Shown piece after piece: positions 18,557-27,137 of a DNA stretch of 31,050 nucleotides. The notes beneath the pieces were generated by a model. The model made no database searches. It saw only the letters and a list, made by a program, of their open reading frames with translations, and was not told where the DNA came from. Location of the stretch: assembly GCA_016184305.1 (NCBI GenBank), contig JACPCX010000184.1, positions 1 through 31,050 of the forward strand, in the 5' to 3' direction. Source of the stretch: Candidatus Rokuibacteriota bacterium. Lineage in GTDB: Bacteria; Methylomirabilota; Methylomirabilia; Rokubacteriales; CSP1-6. How positions within the stretch are numbered: position 1 is the first letter of the stretch; each line of letters opens with the position of its first letter. The translations under genes and the position numbers were made by a program.

Positions 18557-18895
18557 GTGCATTTCGGCTTCGCGCTGTCCCGACGTGGTCCCCTCGCCAG
18601 ACCCGACGCGCTCGTCAAGCTCGCCGAGGCTGCGGAAGCGTTGCGCTACTCCTCGATCTTCACCTTCCGCATCCCCCTCGACCTCGCGTCCCGGCGAGCC
18701 CGGCCTGCGGCCGGAGACCGGACACCCTTCACCGGGACCTCCGCCGAGGTGATCCAGGACATCCGCGCCTACCAGGCGCTCGGCGTCACCCACTTCGTCT
18801 TCGACGGGGTGCCCCAGGACCTGCGCGGCCGGCTGGCGATGATGGAGCGCTTCGCCGAGGACGTGCGGCCGAAGGTCCTCCGGGCCCCGCGGTAG
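18557..18895 (+). pseudogene. Internally deleted LLM-class F420-dependent oxidoreductase (N- and C-termini fused in frame, 112 aa)
   Basis: N-terminal MHFGFAL..RGPLARPDALVKLAEAAEALRYSSIF joined to C-terminal PFTGTSAEVIQDIRAYQALGVTHFVFD...MERFAEDVRP; full LLM proteins are ~300 aa. Confidence 0.7.
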
Positions 18896-18902
18896 GCGCC
18901 GC

Positions 18903-19337
18903 ATGAACGCGCTGCCGGAGAGCGTCGCCGGCTTCATCTCGTCGGGCCGCGCCGGGCATCTCGGCACCGCGGATGCGTCGGGGCAGCCACTGGTCGTCCC
19001 CTTCTGCTACGCCTTCGACGGCGCGGCCCTCTTCTCCGCCGTCGACGCCAAGCCGAAGCGGACCGCCCCGGAACAGCTCAAGCGCGTGCGCAACATCCGC
19101 GAGAACCCGAAGGTATGCGTGGTCATCGACGAGTGGAGCGAGGACTGGAGCCGCCTCCGCCATGTGATCATCCAGGGCGAGGCCCAGGTCCTGACCGCCG
19201 GGGCCGACTACCGGCATGGCGTCGAGCTGCTCCTGGCCAAGTACGAGCAGTACCGGCGCATGGGGCTCGACCGGGAAGACGGCGTGATGATCAAGGTGAC
19301 ACCGGCCCGCGTGACCGACTGGAGCGGGGCGGCATGA
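18903..19337 (+). CDS. PPOX-class (split beta-barrel) probable F420-dependent oxidoreductase, Rv0121-like
   Basis: GHLGTADASGQPLVVPFCYA, AVDAKPKR, LKRVRNIRENPKV, WSEDWSRL. Confidence 0.88.
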   Translation: MNALPESVAGFISSGRAGHLGTADASGQPLVVPFCYAFDGAALFSAVDAKPKRTAPEQLKRVRNIRENPKVCVVIDEWSEDWSRLRHVIIQGEAQVLTAGADYRHGVELLLAKYEQYRRMGLDREDGVMIKVTPARVTDWSGAA

Positions 19338-20521
19338 CCGCCACCGACCGCGCGCTCGACCGCGTCCGCGAGGGCCGCGCCCCCGACGCAGGCGAGGCTG
19401 CCCTGCTGCTGGGGCTCGACGAGCCTCGCCTCCCCGATCTCCTGGCCGCCGCAGCGGCCGTGCGTGGCCGGGGCCGCGGCCGGCGCATCACCTTCTCGGC
19501 CAAGGTCTTCGTGCCACTGACAACCCTCTGCCGCGACTACTGCGGCTACTGCACGTTCCGGAAGGACCCCGGCGAGCCGGGCGCTCACACCATGACGCCC
19601 GAGGAGGTGCTCGCGCTCGTCCAGGCCGGGGAGCGCCTGGGGGCCAAGGAGGCGCTCTTCTCCCTCGGCGACAAGCCCGAGGCGCTCTTCCCCGAGCACC
19701 GCGCATTCCTGCGGCGCATGGGCCACCGGAGCACGCTCTCCTATCTCCGGGCGGTGAGCGCGCTGGTGCTGAGGGAATCCTCACTCCTGCCTCACGCCAA
19801 CCCCGGCGTCATGTCGGAGCGGGACCTGAGCGCGCTCCGCGAGGTGAATGCGAGCATGGGCATCATGCTCGAGACGACCTCCGAGCGCCTCCTGGGCCCA
19901 GGCCTCGCCCATGACCACGCGCCAGACAAGGTCCCCGCCAGGCGGCTCAAGACCATCGCGCTGGCGGGGAAGCTCCAGATCCCCTTCACCACAGGGCTCC
20001 TGATCGGCATCGGCGAGACGCATGCCGAGCGGGTGGAGACGCTCCTGGCCATCCGCGACCTGCACGAGCGCCACGGCCACATCCAGGAGGTCATTGTCCA
20101 GAACTTCCGCGCCAAGCCCGGCATTCCCATGCGCGGCTGGGCCGACCCCACGCTCCCCGACCTCCTGCGCACCGTGGCGGTGGCGCGGCTCCTGCTGGGG
20201 CCGGACATGAACATCCAGGCGCCGCCGAACCTCATGGCCGAGGGCTACGGCCGGCTGCCCGAGGCCGGGCTGAACGACTGGGGCGGCATCTCCCCGCTGA
20301 CGCCCGATCACATCAACCCCGAGAGACCGTGGCCGCTGATCCGCGAGCTCCGGCAGGTCACGGAGGCGGCGGGCCACGAATTGCGCGAGCGACTGGCCAT
20401 CTACCCCGAGTACGTGTCCCGCCCGGAGTTCATGGACGCCGCCGTGCGGCCCGCAGTGGCGAGGCTCGTGGGTGCCGACGGCCTCGTGAGGCCCCCGCTC
20501 GAAACGTGGAGAACGTGGTGA
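19334..20521 (+). CDS. cofG: FO synthase subunit CofG (radical SAM)
   Basis: TFSAKVFVPLTTLCRDYCGYC, HANPG, SMGIMLE, QNFRAKP, IQAPPNL, NDWGGISP. Confidence 0.95.
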   Translation: MTATDRALDRVREGRAPDAGEAALLLGLDEPRLPDLLAAAAAVRGRGRGRRITFSAKVFVPLTTLCRDYCGYCTFRKDPGEPGAHTMTPEEVLALVQAGERLGAKEALFSLGDKPEALFPEHRAFLRRMGHRSTLSYLRAVSALVLRESSLLPHANPGVMSERDLSALREVNASMGIMLETTSERLLGPGLAHDHAPDKVPARRLKTIALAGKLQIPFTTGLLIGIGETHAERVETLLAIRDLHERHGHIQEVIVQNFRAKPGIPMRGWADPTLPDLLRTVAVARLLLGPDMNIQAPPNLMAEGYGRLPEAGLNDWGGISPLTPDHINPERPWPLIRELRQVTEAAGHELRERLAIYPEYVSRPEFMDAAVRPAVARLVGADGLVRPPLETWRTW

Positions 20522-20537
20522 ACCCGGAGGGAACGGA

Positions 20538-21809
20538 ATGGACTCGCTGAATCTCGACTGGGTAGAGCCTGGCGTCCGGCGCATCCTGGACCGGGCGCTG
20601 GACGGCGCCGAGCTGTCGGTGGCGGAAGGGATCCGGCTCACGGCAGTCACCGGCCGGGAGCTGCACGCTCTCTCGCTGGTGGCCGACGAGATGCGCCGCC
20701 GCCAGGTGGGCGACGTCGTGACCTACGTCGTCAACCGGAACATCAACTTCACCAACGTCTGCATCAAGCACTGCACCTTCTGCGCCTTCAGCCGCGACCA
20801 CCGCGAGGAGGAGGGGTACTTTCTCCCCATGGACGAGGTCGTGCGGCGGGCCATCGAGGCCTGGGAGATGGGCGCCTCGGAGGTGTGCCTCCAGGCCGGG
20901 CTGCCGCCGAAGCTCGATGGCGGCTACTACGTGGATCTCTGCCGGGCCATCAAGGCCGCCGTGCCCGAGCTGCACCTGCACGCCTTCTCACCCGAGGAGA
21001 TCCTGTACGGCGCCACGCGCTCCGGGGTGTCGATCCCGGCGTTCCTGCGCGCGCTGCGCGAGGCGGGGCTCGGGACGCTGCCCGGCACCTCCGCGGAGAT
21101 CCTCGACCAGGAGATCCGCGACGTCATTGCCCGGGGCCGCATCACGGTCTCGCAGTGGATCGAGGTCATCACTGCCGCGCACGCCGAGGGGATCCGGACG
21201 ACCTGCACCATCATGTACGGGCACATCGAGCGGCCCGAGCACTGGGTGCGCCACATGGATCTCCTGCGCCGCATCCAGAAGGACACGGGGGGCTTCACCG
21301 AGTTCGTCCCGCTGTCCCTGATCCATCAGGAGTCGCCGATGTACCGGCGCGGGCTCGTGCCCGGCGTGCGTCAGGGCGCCACGGGCCTGGAGGTCGTGCG
21401 CATGCACGCGCTGGCGCGGCTCCTGCTCGGGCCCACCATCCGCAACATCCAGTGCTCGTGGGTGAAGGAGGGGCCGAAGCTCGCGCAGCACCTGCTCGCG
21501 TGCGGGGCCAACGACCTGGGCGGCACGCTCATCAACGAATCCATCTCGACCTCGGCGGGCGCCGGCTGGGGCCAGCTGGTCCCGCCCGCGGAGCTGAGGC
21601 GCCTGGCGCGGGACGCCGGCCGCGTGCCGGCGCGCCGCAGCACGGAGTACGCGCTGCTGCGAGTGTACGAGCGCGAGGAGGAGGATGACGACTCTCCTCT
21701 CGACCACGTGGAGAACGCCGAGGCCCGTTTCGGCTCCTACCGCCGGCTCACGGCCTCGGGCGAGTTCCGCTTCGTCCATCCCACCCACACGCCGACCTCC
21801 GCGGCGTAG
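20538..21809 (+). CDS. cofH: FO synthase subunit CofH (radical SAM)
   Basis: YVVNRNINFTNVCIKHCTFCAF, HAFSPEE, PGTSAEIL, NIQCSWVKEG, NDLGGTLINESIS. Confidence 0.95.
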   Translation: MDSLNLDWVEPGVRRILDRALDGAELSVAEGIRLTAVTGRELHALSLVADEMRRRQVGDVVTYVVNRNINFTNVCIKHCTFCAFSRDHREEEGYFLPMDEVVRRAIEAWEMGASEVCLQAGLPPKLDGGYYVDLCRAIKAAVPELHLHAFSPEEILYGATRSGVSIPAFLRALREAGLGTLPGTSAEILDQEIRDVIARGRITVSQWIEVITAAHAEGIRTTCTIMYGHIERPEHWVRHMDLLRRIQKDTGGFTEFVPLSLIHQESPMYRRGLVPGVRQGATGLEVVRMHALARLLLGPTIRNIQCSWVKEGPKLAQHLLACGANDLGGTLINESISTSAGAGWGQLVPPAELRRLARDAGRVPARRSTEYALLRVYEREEEDDDSPLDHVENAEARFGSYRRLTASGEFRFVHPTHTPTSAA

Positions 21810-21849
21810 CGCGCGGCATGACGAGCGGAAGCGTGACGCAATTGCCCCG

Positions 21850-21878
21850 TTGTGGAGGCGAGGTCGCTTGAGTACAAT
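21850..21878 (+). promoter_or_regulatory. sigma-70-type promoter of the HU gene
   Basis: TTGTGG-N17-TACAAT; SD GGAGG before ATG 21958. Confidence 0.45.
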
Positions 21879-21957
21879 GCGGTTCTGGTTTTGAGGCCCG
21901 TGACCCTCGTGCATTGGCTGCGTCGTTCACCTCGAAGCTCTCGACGGAGGCGCCCAC

Positions 21958-22245
21958 ATGGCAAAGTCCCTGACCAAGTCCTCGATCATCGCCCACCTCG
22001 CGCAGAAAACCAGTCTCTCCAGGAAACAGGTCGTTGACGTGATGGATCAGCTCCTGGCGCTGGCCACGAAGGAAGCGAAGAACATCTTCATCGTTCCCGG
22101 CTTCGGCCGCCTGGTGCTCGCGAACCGCAAGGCGCGCATGGGCCGCAACCCGCAGACCGGCGAGCCCATCAAGATCCCCGCGAAGCGCGTCGTGAAGTTC
22201 CGGCTCGCCAAGGGCCTGAAGGACGCGGTGCTTGGCAAGAAGTAG
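21958..22245 (+). CDS. hup: HU/IHF-family (DNABII) DNA-binding protein
   Basis: PGFG, RKARMGRNPQTGEPIKIPAKRVVKFR. Confidence 0.93.
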   Translation: MAKSLTKSSIIAHLAQKTSLSRKQVVDVMDQLLALATKEAKNIFIVPGFGRLVLANRKARMGRNPQTGEPIKIPAKRVVKFRLAKGLKDAVLGKK

Positions 22246-22729
22246 ACCCTGGGAGGGGCTCGCCTACCGACCGCTCGCCTCTCCCGGCACGGATGCCCGG
22301 GAGCTGTTCGCGTTCGCCGGCGCGTGGGCACCGCCCGCACCGGCCGTGGACATGGGCTGGGGCGCCTGGGACGGGCCGCAGGTGGTCGCGGCCCTCCTGC
22401 TGGAGCGAGCCGGCGCCTCGGCCATGTTCCACGGACCGGTGGTGGTAGCGCCCCCGTCCTTCGAGCCTGACGACACCCTCGAGGTCGCCGCGCGGCTCTG
22501 CGCCGACGGGCTCGCGGACGCGACCGCTCAGGGAGTCGAGACCGTCTTCACCCGCCCCCAGGGATTCGACCGCGCGTGGATCCGCGCGGGCTTCATCCCG
22601 GTCCCCGAGGCCTCGCTCCCCGAGGGGCTGCGGGGGCGGCCGGGGCTCGGGCTCTTCGCCTGGCGGGGAGGCACCGCCCTCTGGAGCGCCGCGGGACGCG
22701 GCGCCGCGCAGCACCCACACCACCGCTAG
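22232..22729 (+). CDS. Hypothetical protein with degenerate GNAT-like features (start uncertain)
   Basis: Fills the hup-cofD gap; GVETVFT...W.RAGFIPVPEASLP resembles the C-terminus of ArgA-like GNATs. Confidence 0.6.
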   Translation: MARSRPWEGLAYRPLASPGTDARELFAFAGAWAPPAPAVDMGWGAWDGPQVVAALLLERAGASAMFHGPVVVAPPSFEPDDTLEVAARLCADGLADATAQGVETVFTRPQGFDRAWIRAGFIPVPEASLPEGLRGRPGLGLFAWRGGTALWSAAGRGAAQHPHHR

Positions 22730-22730
22730 C

Positions 22731-23657
22731 ATGAAGATCGCTGCGCTGGCCGGCGGAACGGGCGCCGCCAAGCTCCTGCGCGGGCTCGCGCGCCTCGTGG
22801 ACCCCGGGGACCTGACGATCATCGGCAACACCGGGGACGATCTGGATCTGTGGGGGCTGCATGTCTCCCCCGATCTCGACACGGTCTGCTACACGCTGGC
22901 TGGCATCGTGGATGCCATCAAGGGCTGGGGCCTCGGCGACGAGAGCTTCCACGCCCTCGACGCCATGCAGCGCTTCGGCGAGCCCACGTGGTTCAATCTC
23001 GGCGATCGCGACCTCGCCACCCACCTCCACCGCACCGGCCTCCTGCGGCAGGGCCGGACGCTCACGCAGGTCACCGCATCCGTGGCGGCCGGTCTCGGTG
23101 TCGCGCAGCGCGTGCTGCCCATGTCCAACCAGCCGGTGCGCACGGGCGTCCTCGGGCCGGATGGGTGGCTCGATTTCCAGGAGTACTTCGTGCGCGAGAA
23201 GGCGCGGATCGCCGTGCGCGCCGTCCGCTACGAGGGCGCGGAGTCGGCGAGGCCAGCGCCCGGGGTCGTGGAGGCGATCCTCGAGGCGCGCGCGGTCATC
23301 GTCTGCCCCTCGAACCCCATCACCTCCGTCGGGCCCATCCTGGCCGTGCCGGGCATCGCCCGGGCGCTCGGCGAGAGCCGCGCCACGGCGCTCGCCATCA
23401 GCCCCATCGTCGGCGGCGAGGCCGTGTCGGGACCGGCGGGACGCCTCATGGCAGCATGCGGGCTGCCGGTCTCGGCGGTCGGAGTTGCCCAGGTCTACGC
23501 CCCGTGGCTCGACACGATGGTCCTGGATGAGCGCGACGCGGGGCTCGCGGCGGAGCTGGCGGCGCTCGGCGTCTCCGCCGTCACCACCGACACAGTGATG
23601 ACGAGCCCGGAGAAGGAGATCGCCCTGGCCCGCCGCATCCTCGACGCGCTCCGATGA
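22731..23657 (+). CDS. cofD: 2-phospho-L-lactate/PEP transferase CofD (FbiA)
   Basis: LAGGTGAAK, NTGDD, VSPDLDTV, WFNLGDRDLATH, FQEYFVR, PSNP..S, SGPA. Confidence 0.96.
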   Translation: MKIAALAGGTGAAKLLRGLARLVDPGDLTIIGNTGDDLDLWGLHVSPDLDTVCYTLAGIVDAIKGWGLGDESFHALDAMQRFGEPTWFNLGDRDLATHLHRTGLLRQGRTLTQVTASVAAGLGVAQRVLPMSNQPVRTGVLGPDGWLDFQEYFVREKARIAVRAVRYEGAESARPAPGVVEAILEARAVIVCPSNPITSVGPILAVPGIARALGESRATALAISPIVGGEAVSGPAGRLMAACGLPVSAVGVAQVYAPWLDTMVLDERDAGLAAELAALGVSAVTTDTVMTSPEKEIALARRILDALR

Positions 23658-24319
23658 CCATTCCGATTCTGGTCGCCGTCCCAGTGAAAGATCTCGACAA
23701 CGCCAAGCAGCGGCTGATGCCGATCCTCACGCCCGATGAGCGGCGAGCCCTCGCCGCAGCCATGCTCGAGGATGTGCTGACGGCCCTCGCCGCGGCGGCG
23801 CTCGACCCCGTCTGCGTCGTGACGAAGGACGCGGCCGTGATCGCGCTGGCCGGCCGTCACGGCGTCCGGTGCCTGACCGAGACCGCGAACCGGGGACACA
23901 CCGAGGCCGTGGCGCTCGCCCAGCGGGAGGCCGTGCGGCTGGGCCTGCGGCGCTTCCTCACCATCCCGGGCGATGTCCCATGCGTCACCGCCGTCGAGAT
24001 CGACCGCCTGTGCGCGGCGCTCGACGCCGGGCCCGGCGTCGCCTTCGTGCCGTCGCTCTCTGGTTTCGGTACCAACGCCGCGCTGCTCTCACCCCCCGAC
24101 GCCATGTCGCTCACGTTCGGGGAGCCCTCCTTCGGCAATCACCTGGAGGCGGCGCGGGGGCGTGGGCTCACACCCGCCGTGCTGCCCTTGCCGGGGCTTG
24201 GCCTCGACATCGACGCCCCGGAGGACCTGAGGCTCCTGCTGGAGCGAGGTCCCGGGACGCGCAGCGGAGCGCTCCTCCGCCGTTGGGACCTCCCCCATCG
24301 CCTCGCGAGCCTCGGCTAG
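23654..24319 (+). CDS. cofC: Phospholactate/PEP guanylyltransferase CofC (FbiD)
   Basis: VPVKDLDNAKQRL, MLEDV, PGDVP, GTNA, FGEPSF, DIDAPEDL. Confidence 0.95.
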   Translation: MTIPILVAVPVKDLDNAKQRLMPILTPDERRALAAAMLEDVLTALAAAALDPVCVVTKDAAVIALAGRHGVRCLTETANRGHTEAVALAQREAVRLGLRRFLTIPGDVPCVTAVEIDRLCAALDAGPGVAFVPSLSGFGTNAALLSPPDAMSLTFGEPSFGNHLEAARGRGLTPAVLPLPGLGLDIDAPEDLRLLLERGPGTRSGALLRRWDLPHRLASLG

Positions 24320-24364
24320 TGCGCCTCCACCGAGTTCGGCCAAGAGCGTACGGGCAACCGCACC

Positions 24365-24612
24365 GTGCCGGGCCAAATGACGAGCCAGACGAGGCCCCGC
24401 AGGGCGAGCCGAAGCCGCAGGCAAGGCGAACGGGAGGGAACACTCGGGCGAGCGGAGCGAGCCCACGCCGGCCGGAGGCGTACGTGGGTGTACGTCGAGG
24501 ACCGGCGCCGACCGAGAACGTGGCTCGGCGAGCCGGAGCCGAAGGCGAGGCGAGCATACCTGGGGATCGGGCGAGCGTGAGCGAGCCAGGGCGAAGTCAG
24601 TTGGCCCGGCAC
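24365..24612. mobile_element. Non-coding MITE/REP-like element between cofC and cofE
   Basis: Inverted ends GTGCCGGGCCAAATGAC / GTCAGTTGGCCCGGCAC (16/17); contains two 61-nt modules and a GTAC..GTAC core. Confidence 0.65.
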
Positions 24613-24617
24613 TGACC

Positions 24618-25370
24618 GTGGTGCCGCGCTACGAGGTCATCGGCATCGAGGGCCTGCCGGAGATCGGCGCGGGCGACGATCTCGGCCGGCTCATCGCCGA
24701 GGCGGCCGCGCGCCAGGGCACGCCGCTCCAGGCCGCCGACCTGCTGGTCGTGAGCCAGAAGGTCGTGTCGAAGGCGGAGGGCCGGATCGTGCGCCTTTCC
24801 GAGGTGATCCCGTCCCCGCAGGCGGAAGTCCTGGCCCGCGAGATCGGGCGGGATTCGCGGCTAATCGAGGTGATCCTCGGCGAGAGCCGGCGGGTCGTGC
24901 GGCAGGACAAGGGTGTGCTCATCGTGGAGACACACCACGGGTGGGTCTGCGCCAACGCGGGCGTGGACCAGTCCAACGTGGACGCCGACACCGCGTGCCT
25001 GCTCCCGAAGGACGCCGATGCCTCGGCGCGGAGCCTCCTGCGCCGGCTGACGGAGCTGACGGGCCACGAGCTCGCCATCATCGTCGCCGACACCTTCGGC
25101 CGGCCGTGGCGCGAGGGGCTCACCAATGTGGCCGTCGGAGTCGCCGGCTTCGACCCGCTCAAGAGCTATCTCGGCGAGCAGGACCCGGCGGGGCATGTGC
25201 TGCAGGCTACCGTGCTGGCCCTCGCGGACGAGCTGGCCGGCGCCGCGGAGCCGGTGATGGGCAAGCTGGCCCGCATCCCGGTGGCGATCGTCCGCGGCCT
25301 CGCGTGGGAGCGCGCCGACAGCTCGAGCCGCGCCCTCCTTCGCGACCCCACCCGCGACCTCTTCAGATAG
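24618..25370 (+). CDS. cofE: F420-0:L-glutamate ligase CofE (no nitroreductase domain)
   Basis: GLPEI..GDDL, VSQKVVSKAEGR, CANAGVDQSN, ADTFGRPWREG, ADELA, DLFR; 250 aa. Confidence 0.95.
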   Translation: MVPRYEVIGIEGLPEIGAGDDLGRLIAEAAARQGTPLQAADLLVVSQKVVSKAEGRIVRLSEVIPSPQAEVLAREIGRDSRLIEVILGESRRVVRQDKGVLIVETHHGWVCANAGVDQSNVDADTACLLPKDADASARSLLRRLTELTGHELAIIVADTFGRPWREGLTNVAVGVAGFDPLKSYLGEQDPAGHVLQATVLALADELAGAAEPVMGKLARIPVAIVRGLAWERADSSSRALLRDPTRDLFR

Positions 25371-25384
25371 GGAGAACACGACCG

Positions 25385-26050
25385 GTGAGAATCGCGATCC
25401 TCGGAGGCACTGGCAAGGAAGGCGCGGGGCTCGGGCTCCGCTGGGCGCAGGCGGGACACGAGATCGTCATCGGCTCGCGCGATGCAGCGCGCGCGGCCGC
25501 CAAGGCCGGCGAGCTGGCGGCGCAGGCTCCGGGCGCGCGCGTCGAGGGCATGTCCAATCGCGACGCCGCCGCGGCCGCCGACGTGGTGATCCTCGCGCTG
25601 CCGGCGGCGGGGCTCAAGCAGACCCTGCCGGAGGTCAAGGACGGCTGCCGCGGGAAGGTGGTGGTGAGCGCCGTGGTGCCGCTCACCTTCGGCGGAGGGC
25701 GGCTCTTCACTCCGCCGCCCCAGGGCTCCTCGGCCGAGGAAGCCCAGGAGATCCTGGGCCCCGAGATCCGGCTGGTGGCCGCGTTCCATCACATCGCCGC
25801 CCACGAGCTGTCGGCGACCGATCACACCATCGCCTGCGATCTCCTGCTCTGCGGCGGGGACGCCGAGGCGAAGAAGACCGTGGCCGAGCTGGGCGCCTCG
25901 ATGGGGCTGCGCGCGATCGACGTGGGCCCGCTCACCAATGCCGGCCCGGTCGAGGGCCTCACGGCCGTGCTCGCCACCGTCAACCGGCGCTACAAGCTCA
26001 AGAACTCGGGCATCCAGATCACCGGGCTGGGCGAGTCCCATGGCCGATAG
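25385..26050 (+). CDS. npdG: NADPH-dependent F420 reductase (Fno/NpdG)
   Basis: GTG 25385; RIAILGGTGKEG.GL, IGSR, GSSAEEAQ, AAFHHI, NRRYK. Confidence 0.92.
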   Translation: MRIAILGGTGKEGAGLGLRWAQAGHEIVIGSRDAARAAAKAGELAAQAPGARVEGMSNRDAAAAADVVILALPAAGLKQTLPEVKDGCRGKVVVSAVVPLTFGGGRLFTPPPQGSSAEEAQEILGPEIRLVAAFHHIAAHELSATDHTIACDLLLCGGDAEAKKTVAELGASMGLRAIDVGPLTNAGPVEGLTAVLATVNRRYKLKNSGIQITGLGESHGR

Positions 26051-27119
26051 CCCCGTCGTCGTCACGCCGCAGGCCCTCCGGCGATTCATCGTCTCCGTGC
26101 TGGGGGCGCTCCGGATGCCGCCGAAGAACGCCGAGCTCACGGCAGCGCTGATGGTGAGGACGGACCTCCGCGGCGTGGACTCCCACGGGATCGGCATGCT
26201 CCCGAAGTACGTGGAGTGGACCCGGGCCGGCTACATCCACCCCTGGGCCGAGCCCGTCCTGGTCCGCGACGACCTGGCCACGGCCCTCGTCGACGGGCAG
26301 AAAGGCCTCGGCCATCCCGCCTCGGTCATGGCCATGGAGATGGCCATCGCCAGGGCCGCCACCTACGGCATCGGCATCGTCGCCGTCAGGAACTCGAACC
26401 ATTTCGGCGCCTGCGCGAACTACTCGATGATGGCGCTCGATCGGGGCATGATCGGGCTCGCCTTCACCAACTCCCCCTCCGTCGCCATGGTGCCGACGTT
26501 CGCCCGCAAGCCGATGCTGGGCACCAACCCCATCAGCCTCGCCGCGCCCGCCGCGGCCCACACGCCCTTCGTGCTCGACATGGCCACGACCACCGTCGCC
26601 GTGGGCAAGCTCACCATCGCCTCCCGGTGGAACACGCCCATCCCCGAAGGATGGGCACTGGCCGAGAACGGCGGTCCCACCACCGACGCCCGCGTGGCGC
26701 TCGCCTCGCGCCTCCTCTCCCCGCTCGGCGGCCGCCGCGAGCTTGGCGGCCACAAGGGGTACGGGCTCGGCGTGATGGTGGACATCCTCTCGGGGTTGCT
26801 CTCGGGCAGCGTGTACGGCAATGTCCTCTATCGCAGCCGGATGCGGGAGGACAAGCACTTCAACACGGGGCATTGCTTCGCGGCCATCGACATCAAGCGC
26901 TTCCGTCCGGTGGAGGAGTTCGAGGCGGCGATGGACGACATGCTCCAGGCCCTCAACGACACGCCGCGGGCCGAGGGGCAGGCGCGCGTCTACACGGCCG
27001 GCGAGCCCGAAGCGGACGCGGAGGCGCATCGCCGCGTCCACGGCATCCCCCTGGCCCCGGCGCTCGCCGCGCAGCTCCACGACATCGCGACGAGCCTCGG
27101 CGTCGCCCAGCTCGCCTGA
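26040..27119 (+). CDS. Ldh_2-family (type 2 malate/L-lactate/ComC/AllD-like) NAD(P)-dependent oxidoreductase
   Basis: DLRGVDSHG, NSNHFG, GTNPIS, LDMATT, GGHKGYGL; overlaps the npdG stop. Confidence 0.92.
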   Translation: MADSPVVVTPQALRRFIVSVLGALRMPPKNAELTAALMVRTDLRGVDSHGIGMLPKYVEWTRAGYIHPWAEPVLVRDDLATALVDGQKGLGHPASVMAMEMAIARAATYGIGIVAVRNSNHFGACANYSMMALDRGMIGLAFTNSPSVAMVPTFARKPMLGTNPISLAAPAAAHTPFVLDMATTTVAVGKLTIASRWNTPIPEGWALAENGGPTTDARVALASRLLSPLGGRRELGGHKGYGLGVMVDILSGLLSGSVYGNVLYRSRMREDKHFNTGHCFAAIDIKRFRPVEEFEAAMDDMLQALNDTPRAEGQARVYTAGEPEADAEAHRRVHGIPLAPALAAQLHDIATSLGVAQLA

Positions 27120-27137
27120 CGGCGGCCGCCCGGCCGC

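Noticed and set aside
20501..20524. AACGTGGAGAACGTGGTGAA resembling part of the dispersed motif
   Set aside because: Short match explained by the cofG C-terminal codons (TWRTW-stop); the rest of the motif is absent
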